A DNA stretch of 50,788 nt, from assembly GCA_016190935.1 (NCBI GenBank), contig JACPPP010000169.1, forward strand, positions 1 through 50,788, given 5' to 3'. This stretch comes from Armatimonadota bacterium (GTDB taxonomy: Bacteria; Armatimonadota; UBA5829; DTLH01). The position numbers and the translations under genes were made by a program. The notes beneath the pieces were generated by a model. The model had not been told where the DNA came from. It saw nothing but the letters and a program-made list of their open reading frames with translations, and ran no database searches. Positions 44,866 through 50,788 of this stretch are shown in pieces (positions within the stretch are counted from its first letter, which is position 1; the number at the start of each line of letters is the position of its first letter).

Positions 44866-46620
44866 TCATCGTTCATCGCTCATATTCGGCGCAAATAGCT
44901 GAATCTCGCGTACGCCAGGGACACCGGAGCATTCGAGTATGACCAGCCTGACGAACCGAGTCTTGATGGGGCGGAACTTCACGTGCCACTTGTAGCCGAC
45001 GACTGTTGGCGGGTTAAATGGCACCTTCCACTGGCGGCCAACCTCCTTGCCCTCGATAGCCCTCCATTCGTCGCCGTCCATATATTCAAGCTCAAACTTC
45101 TTGATGAAATGAAAGTCACAGTCGTCCGAGCTAACGAGTGCCCTCTCGGTCGTTATTGGCTCGCCGAGATCTACTTCGAGTGTCAGCGGCAGTTTGGCGG
45201 GATCGCCGTGCCATATAGTCTCAAAATCGTCATCGACCACGTAGCCGGGATTGCCTTCGCGAGTGCCGGAGGCGGTGATCTTCTTCCCGGCTGCGACCGA
45301 GCCCGAGCGAAAGGGTACCCGCAGGGCTAGTTCGGAGGCCGGGCCATCCAGTGTTAGGGCAACTATTGTGTCGATCTCCCGCCGATACTGCGTCGGCACC
45401 CGAATCTCGATCCCTTCCGACATCTGCTTCACATCCACTTCGCCCCCGGTAAGTAATGAGCTATCGACGATCTTCTTTTCGATTGGAGTCAGCCTGATTG
45501 GGCCGTCGCCTTCCCAGTCCAGGATATGAAGGTAGACCGTGTTTCCCCTGTGGGTGCTGACCATCCAGGGTGAAGGTTTGAATGGTCCTCCTCTGGTGCC
45601 GTAGATGCTTTGCCCGAATTGGCGTGTCCAAGCGCCCATCTCCTTAAGCCGTTCGATTTGCGGTTGCTCAATGGCGCCATTTGGCATAGGGCTGACGTTG
45701 AAGAGGAGGTTTCCATCTCCACCGGCACAGCAGAGCAGGAAATGCATGGAATCAATGAAAGACATTACAGGGCTTCCGGGTGTCCACGCCCACAGCCATC
45801 TCATCTTCACCGCGCTTTCCCACGGCCTGACATTGTCGAATCGACCGACTTGCCCTTCAGGAGTGGAAAAATCACCATTGAGGCCAGCGCCACGGCTGTT
45901 GATGAGTATCCCGGGCTGCAGCGTACGGGCCAGCTTATAAACATTGTACATATCGTAAAGCTGCGGTCCCGGCACGGCTTGGACGCTGTCGAACCACAGG
46001 ATATCCACCCTGCCGTAATTGGTGAGAAGCTCGCGAAGTTGGTCGAGCATGTATTGATTGTACCTCGCTTGATTCTCAGTTCTGTGGTCCGGGTGGTACC
46101 AGTCCGTAATGGAGTAGTAAACTCCGAACTTCATGCCTTCCTCGTGACACGCCTTCGCCAGTTCCGCCACTATATCACGTTTGAACGGAGAGTTGGTGAT
46201 ATTATAATCCGTTGTCTTGGTGTCCCACATGCAGAAGCCGTCGTGGTGTTTGGTTGTGAAGACGATGTAATTCTGCCCTGCCTCCTTGGCTAGTGCCGCC
46301 CATTCTCTGGCGTTGAAGTTGTAAGGGTCGAACCCCTTGTAGAGGTTGTCATAGACGTGTGTTGGAATTATGCCGTCGTCGGGAACACCGCGCCTTTCTC
46401 CCTTGCGTGACCAACCGATCTCGGTTCCAGCCATCGTACACGGGCCCCAGTGGATGAACATACCGAACTTCGCGTCGCGCCACCAAACCACGTCATCCGG
46501 CTTTGCGTTCAAGTACTGCTTATACTCATCGGGGCTGTCGGCTCGCGCAGGACCGGCATGAGATGTTACAACGAGCGTCACTATCAGTGTAGGGATTATC
46601 AGACTCGCGATTCTGCTCAA
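44866..46620 (-). CDS. Secreted GH29 alpha-L-fucosidase with C-terminal F5/8 (CBM32-like) domain; tandem paralog
   Basis: Same GH29 motifs as 43006-44769; TTG start with AAGGAG RBS. Confidence 0.93.
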   Translation of the reverse strand: MSRIASLIIPTLIVTLVVTSHAGPARADSPDEYKQYLNAKPDDVVWWRDAKFGMFIHWGPCTMAGTEIGWSRKGERRGVPDDGIIPTHVYDNLYKGFDPYNFNAREWAALAKEAGQNYIVFTTKHHDGFCMWDTKTTDYNITNSPFKRDIVAELAKACHEEGMKFGVYYSITDWYHPDHRTENQARYNQYMLDQLRELLTNYGRVDILWFDSVQAVPGPQLYDMYNVYKLARTLQPGILINSRGAGLNGDFSTPEGQVGRFDNVRPWESAVKMRWLWAWTPGSPVMSFIDSMHFLLCCAGGDGNLLFNVSPMPNGAIEQPQIERLKEMGAWTRQFGQSIYGTRGGPFKPSPWMVSTHRGNTVYLHILDWEGDGPIRLTPIEKKIVDSSLLTGGEVDVKQMSEGIEIRVPTQYRREIDTIVALTLDGPASELALRVPFRSGSVAAGKKITASGTREGNPGYVVDDDFETIWHGDPAKLPLTLEVDLGEPITTERALVSSDDCDFHFIKKFELEYMDGDEWRAIEGKEVGRQWKVPFNPPTVVGYKWHVKFRPIKTRFVRLVILECSGVPGVREIQLFAPNMSDER

Positions 46621-46654
46621 TTCTTGCTCTCCTTTCGTTTTCCACCAGATCCGA

Positions 46655-47872
46655 TCATGCCGCCGTTATTTGCCTCATCCGCTCAGCAGCGGCCGCCAGA
46701 GCTTCTTTCACGCTTACCTGCCCGATGAAGGCGGATTGTATTGACATCCAGAGAGCGTCTTCGACTTTGGGATACGATGCGAACTTGGGTGGAATGAGCA
46801 TGTGGTCGCGGACGCTCCTACCCAGTATTTCGAGCCTTTCTGCCTCAATCGATCCCGGTTCACACTCAGCCTTAGCTTGCTGCTGGACTGAAATCCTCGG
46901 GACTATTGTTCCCTGTCTCGACTCCACTAACTGGCATTCCTCACTTGTGAAGAAACGGAGCAGCCGAAGCGCGCCATCCATATCTCTTACGCTCTTTGGG
47001 ATGGCAAATCCGAAGGCGCCGGAATAAATCCACCGCTGACCGGAAGGGCCGACCGGGTAGATGCAGATTCCGAACTTGCCAGCTACTTTGGAGGACTTCG
47101 GGTCCCTGTATCTATAAAATCCGCCAGGCCAGTCGCCCACAATAGCGCATCTCCCTTCGCAGAACAGTGAGGCGACCGCGTCGTAATGCATATTAGGCGT
47201 CTCTTCAGGAGCGGCTTTCAGATGCAGGTAAATACTTTTCAGATAGTACAGCGCCCATTCGCCTTCAGGACTTTCGAGCCCGGGAGTCAGGTCTTTTTTC
47301 CAAAGCTCTCCTCCCGCCATAGCCAGGAGCTCGTAGAAGGAACCGAACAAGCCGGAATACCGTCCTGGGAAGGAGTAGCCGTAGAGTTCGGGGCCACGGG
47401 CAAAATGTGCCGCAATGTCGCGAAGTTCATCCCAGGTCTTAGGCGCGGCGAGATCATAGCCAAACCTGGCTCGAAAGCGAGTGCGTTCTTCAGGGTCTTC
47501 AAACAGGTCTTTGCGGTAGTAGATAACTTTGACGTCGGTGTTCCTGGGCAACTGGTACAGCCGGCCTTCGATCCGCATAAGATCAATCGTAGATGGTGTG
47601 AACTGCTCCAACTCGCTATCAGTAAAGTACTCGTCCAGGGGCAGCAGCCACTGGAATTGGGAAGGAGCATACTTCGAGTGTGTAACAATAAGGTCGTAGT
47701 CTCCTCTGCCACTGCCATAAACCTCCGCTATGTGCTCATTCAGTTCCGGATGCGGAGCTTTGAAACCTATATCCACTGTATAGCCTGATTCCTTCCGGAA
47801 CCTGGGAATCTCATCGTAGAGCCTATCGTACATGGGCCCGCCAACCAATGCTACCTTGAGAGTATTCATCAT
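46655..47872 (-). CDS. Family 1 sugar-binding-protein fold, lacking a signal peptide
   Basis: YD...LLPLD, G.LYQLP, YYRKDLF, PKTWDEL, G..F.IP..S; starts 2 nt after the upstream SDR stop. Confidence 0.85.
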   Translation of the reverse strand: MMNTLKVALVGGPMYDRLYDEIPRFRKESGYTVDIGFKAPHPELNEHIAEVYGSGRGDYDLIVTHSKYAPSQFQWLLPLDEYFTDSELEQFTPSTIDLMRIEGRLYQLPRNTDVKVIYYRKDLFEDPEERTRFRARFGYDLAAPKTWDELRDIAAHFARGPELYGYSFPGRYSGLFGSFYELLAMAGGELWKKDLTPGLESPEGEWALYYLKSIYLHLKAAPEETPNMHYDAVASLFCEGRCAIVGDWPGGFYRYRDPKSSKVAGKFGICIYPVGPSGQRWIYSGAFGFAIPKSVRDMDGALRLLRFFTSEECQLVESRQGTIVPRISVQQQAKAECEPGSIEAERLEILGRSVRDHMLIPPKFASYPKVEDALWMSIQSAFIGQVSVKEALAAAAERMRQITAA

Positions 47873-47874
47873 AA

Positions 47875-48636
47875 TCAGTACCCCAGCGACACCGCTCCGT
47901 CGACAGGAAGAGCAACTCCAGTGACGAACGAAGCATCATCGCCCGCAAGAAAGGCTACCGCCTTGCCGACCTCCTCGACAGTCGCGATCCGCCCAAGTGG
48001 ATGGACAGAGTAGATGTAGTTTCTCGCAGCCTCTGGGTCAGGCTGCTGGTTGAACCAGTCCTCCACAAGGGGAGTCTGCACCCATCCGGGACATACCACA
48101 TTCACCCGCACTCCATAAGGCGCCATATCGAGTGCCATTCCTTTGCTCATGGCCACTATTCCACCCTTGGTCGCCGAGTAGGCAGCAGCCTTGCTCTGGC
48201 CTATGACACCGACCATTGACGACATGTTAACGATGCTGCCTTTAGTCTTGATCAATTCGGGAAGAGCATACTTGCTGCACAAAAAGTAACTCTTGAGGTT
48301 GATACGCTGCACCCTGTCCCACTCCTCTTCCGTTTGGTCAAGAATGTTCTTCGAGATGTGAGTGCCGGCGTTGTTTACCAGGACATTGATCCTGCCGAAA
48401 GCGGCGAGCGTTTCCGTGACCATTCTCTTCACACCTTCAGAGGTAGAGATATCAGCCTCTATGAAGACGGCACTGCCGCCCGCCGTTATCAGATCATCCC
48501 TGGCCGCATTACCAGCCGCTGCATCCCAGTCAACTATGGCTACGGATGCTTTACGTTCACAGAATACCTTAGCGCATCCCTTGCCAATTCCCTTTGCTCC
48601 ACCAGTGATTACCACTACTTTGCCAGTGAAATCCAT
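47875..48636 (-). CDS. Classical SDR oxidoreductase (candidate L-fucose/sugar dehydrogenase)
   Basis: TGGAKGIG, NNAG, YSATK, CPGWV.TP, HPLGR; GGAGG RBS before the ATG at 48636. Confidence 0.88.
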   Translation of the reverse strand: MDFTGKVVVITGGAKGIGKGCAKVFCERKASVAIVDWDAAAGNAARDDLITAGGSAVFIEADISTSEGVKRMVTETLAAFGRINVLVNNAGTHISKNILDQTEEEWDRVQRINLKSYFLCSKYALPELIKTKGSIVNMSSMVGVIGQSKAAAYSATKGGIVAMSKGMALDMAPYGVRVNVVCPGWVQTPLVEDWFNQQPDPEAARNYIYSVHPLGRIATVEEVGKAVAFLAGDDASFVTGVALPVDGAVSLGY

Positions 48637-48663
48637 ATGTCTCGACCTCCAGATCTCCAACTA

Positions 48664-48763
48664 CAGTGCGTCCTAAAACTGTTACAGAGACAATCCTTCT
48701 ATGGCATCCCTAGCCTGTCGAAGGATGCGACTCCACCAAGTGATCGAGTTTTAGGACGCACTC
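48664..48763. mobile_element. 100-bp MITE-like element with 16-bp perfect TIRs and an internal REP-like hairpin
   Basis: agtgcgtcctaaaact (48665-48680) / agttttaggacgcact (48747-48762); flanks CTA/TTA; internal gcatccctagcctgtcgaaggatgc. Confidence 0.8.
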
Positions 48764-49510
48764 TTAGTCCATTATCAAACCACCATTAATATCTACGATC
48801 TCTCCAGTGATGTATTTTGCTGAGTCTGAGGCAAGGAACAAGACTGCCCCAGCGACATCCTCCGGGGTTCCGAACTCGCCGAACGGAACTGCGGCCGCAA
48901 AGGCCGCCTTTGTTTCCTCTCCCCAGGCACTCGTTAGTTCGGTCTCAATTGTGCCGGGACATACTGCGTTGACGCAAATTCTATGCGGAGCTGCGTATCG
49001 TGCCAGTGATTTAGTCAGGCAGATGACGCCGGCTTTCGCGGCGGCGTAGTGGGATCCGGCCACCACGCCACCCAGCTTGCCTGCTGAGGAAGCCATGTTG
49101 ATGATTTTTCCGTAGCCTCGTTCAATCATGCCAGGAAGTACCTCCCTGGACCATAGGAACACGCTCTTGAGGTTGACTGCCAGGAACCTGTCCCATTCCT
49201 CGGAGGAAATGTCCATAACAGTGACCTTCCTGCAGATGCCCGCATTGTTCACCAGGATATCCACACGGCCAAAGGCGCCATTTATCTGGCTGACCGCCGA
49301 TTTGACCTCGGCTTCGACCGAGACGTCTGATTGGACGGCGATGGCGCGTGCTCCGTTTCTCTGTATCTCGCCTGCGGTTGAGCGAGCCGCATCAATGTTG
49401 AGATCGACTATGGCCACATCAGCTTCGCACCGACCGAAAGCAAGAGCTATTGCCCGGCCGATTCCCTGCCCCCCTCCGGTGACTACCGTCACTTTGTCGA
49501 TGAAGTCCAT
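48764..49510 (-). CDS. Classical SDR oxidoreductase (FabG-like)
   Basis: TGGGQGIG, NNAG, YAAAK, CPG.IET. Confidence 0.88.
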   Translation of the reverse strand: MDFIDKVTVVTGGGQGIGRAIALAFGRCEADVAIVDLNIDAARSTAGEIQRNGARAIAVQSDVSVEAEVKSAVSQINGAFGRVDILVNNAGICRKVTVMDISSEEWDRFLAVNLKSVFLWSREVLPGMIERGYGKIINMASSAGKLGGVVAGSHYAAAKAGVICLTKSLARYAAPHRICVNAVCPGTIETELTSAWGEETKAAFAAAVPFGEFGTPEDVAGAVLFLASDSAKYITGEIVDINGGLIMD

Positions 49511-49520
49511 TTTCGTATAA

Positions 49521-50561
49521 TCACTTGACGAGAGCGTTGCCATAACCTACTATTGCCGTTGCCGCAACGATGACGGCCATCCCAGCATACATTGTTCGGA
49601 GAGGGCCGCCTTCCGCATTTCGCCACTCTCCGGTTAACACTCCCCATATATTAGAGGCTGCGATACAAAGGCCGATGTATATAGCCCAGCCTGCCGAGCC
49701 CCCGAGTGTGCCCATCATATCGGCCGCCCTTCCATAGATGGTAACGGAGAACATCCAGAGCACAGCCATCAGCGCAGCGAAGATCCAGTGGCTGCCGGCG
49801 CGAGGCTTCGCGTATGTCGACCACGTCCGGTTCTTCGTCAGAAGCGTCGCGCAAAATACTAGATTGACCGCATACCCTCCGAGGAGCGTGAACGCCCAGA
49901 TCGCGTCCGATGCCCCTCCCGCCGATGCTCCGGCGGCTAGCGCCGCTTCTCTAATCCCTCCTCCGAAGGTGAAGGCGAAGTTAAGCATGGCGCTGAAAAG
50001 TCCGGCGAAGACGGCCATTATTAATCCTATCACGAACTTTTTCTTTGAGACAGAGGAGCTAGCAGCCTGTTTTTCGCCTGATCCCGGGTCTTTTTGCGCA
50101 TCTCTTCTGTTTCCCGCGACCGCGGATATCGCGACTCCCACGACCAGGAAAACTACTCCCAGTGTAATCAGCATCCCTCCCGGAGTCGCAAAGACCTGTG
50201 GGCTGGCAGCCATTGGGACCAGGGACCCGACGGCGGTAGTAAGTCCGAGTGCGATGGCATAGGTCAGGCTCATTCCTATGACTGCCAGACTAAGGCCAAA
50301 CAGGACATTCCCTACACCCCATGCCGCCCCAAATATGAAGGTCATCGCAAGAGGCACTGCATTTGTGCTGGCATATACTGCCAACAAGCCCGGCGTCGTG
50401 ATCAGCGCCACACCCCACGGTATAATTATCATCCCTACTGTAGCGAAAACGAGCCAGGTGTTTTCCCAGGCCCATTTGCCCGTCCACTTAAGCGGAAGGC
50501 CGTACGTGCCGAGCATAAGTCCGGCGGCCAGCGCCAGAACGAAACCGAGCCCTGCGTTCAT
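49521..50561 (-). CDS. RhaT-family (L-rhamnose/H+ symporter-like) 6-deoxyhexose transporter
   Basis: P.K...WAWEN.W, FG..WG.G...FG, G.SL...I.LG, N.WG...GEW; about 10 TM segments. Confidence 0.85.
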   Translation of the reverse strand: MNAGLGFVLALAAGLMLGTYGLPLKWTGKWAWENTWLVFATVGMIIIPWGVALITTPGLLAVYASTNAVPLAMTFIFGAAWGVGNVLFGLSLAVIGMSLTYAIALGLTTAVGSLVPMAASPQVFATPGGMLITLGVVFLVVGVAISAVAGNRRDAQKDPGSGEKQAASSSVSKKKFVIGLIMAVFAGLFSAMLNFAFTFGGGIREAALAAGASAGGASDAIWAFTLLGGYAVNLVFCATLLTKNRTWSTYAKPRAGSHWIFAALMAVLWMFSVTIYGRAADMMGTLGGSAGWAIYIGLCIAASNIWGVLTGEWRNAEGGPLRTMYAGMAVIVAATAIVGYGNALVK

Positions 50562-50607
50562 AGACCAGATCCACCCTTCTCAGGCGACGGAAGACCGCAG
50601 CCCGCAT

Positions 50608-50646
50608 AATTGTATTCAATATACGATTACCTTCTCTGCTTGTCAA
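50608..50646 (-). promoter_or_regulatory. Near-consensus sigma70 promoter of the catabolic operon, with an overlapping palindrome
   Basis: TTGACA(50641-50646)-17 nt-TATATT(50618-50623); inverted repeat AATTGTAT-N5-ATACGATT at 50608-50628. Confidence 0.75.
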
Positions 50647-50689
50647 GGGCCTGTAAGACCCTGAATCGGGTGCGCGCCAAATTCGTGGT

Positions 50690-50703
50690 AGAACAGATGT
50701 TCG
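50690..50703. promoter_or_regulatory. GAAC-N4-GTTC motif (Gram-positive-type LexA box-like)
   Basis: aGAACagatGTTCg upstream of a divergent ORF start. Confidence 0.4.
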
Positions 50704-50764
50704 GCATGAATCGAGGTGATGGTTGTCGAATTCTCCGTTAGACCAACTATTTGGAGGGGCGATT

Positions 50765-50788
50765 ATGGCAACCGAGAGCCGTGATGAG
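50765..50788 (+). CDS. Start of a divergent gene, truncated by the window end
   Basis: GGAGG at 50753-50757, then ATG (MATESRDE...). Confidence 0.5.

Overview
Bacterial genomic window of roughly 55-60% GC by eye; the host lineage cannot be determined from the sequence. It has four parts. (1) Bases 1-817 are a chimeric ORF: a very GC-rich membrane-protein fragment is joined in frame to the C-terminal part of RlmN. (2) Bases 934-2990 are a two-gene cassette, a putative PD-(D/E)XK nuclease plus an N4-cytosine methyltransferase, bracketed by G-rich and C-rich heptamer arrays. (3) Bases 3173-12920 hold a minus-strand central-metabolism cluster (korDABC-sdhCAB-sucCD) and ftsY. (4) Bases 13064-50561 are a 37.5 kb, entirely minus-strand glycan-degradation island. 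It carries five intact divergent GH116-like genes plus one pseudogene, two GH29+CBM32, a non-canonical GH95, a GH141-like gene plus a truncated copy, a GH127-like gene, two sulfatases, a secreted cysteine hydrolase, an alkaline-phosphatase-superfamily fusion, two copies of an uncharacterised secreted GH116 partner, a signal-less sugar-binding protein, two SDRs and a RhaT-type symporter. The island also shows a repeated candidate operator, recent duplications and deletions, and several families of short palindromic or MITE-like elements. No tRNA, rRNA, CRISPR array, integrase, transposase or reverse transcriptase was recognised. All family calls are by motif recognition only; no searches were run.
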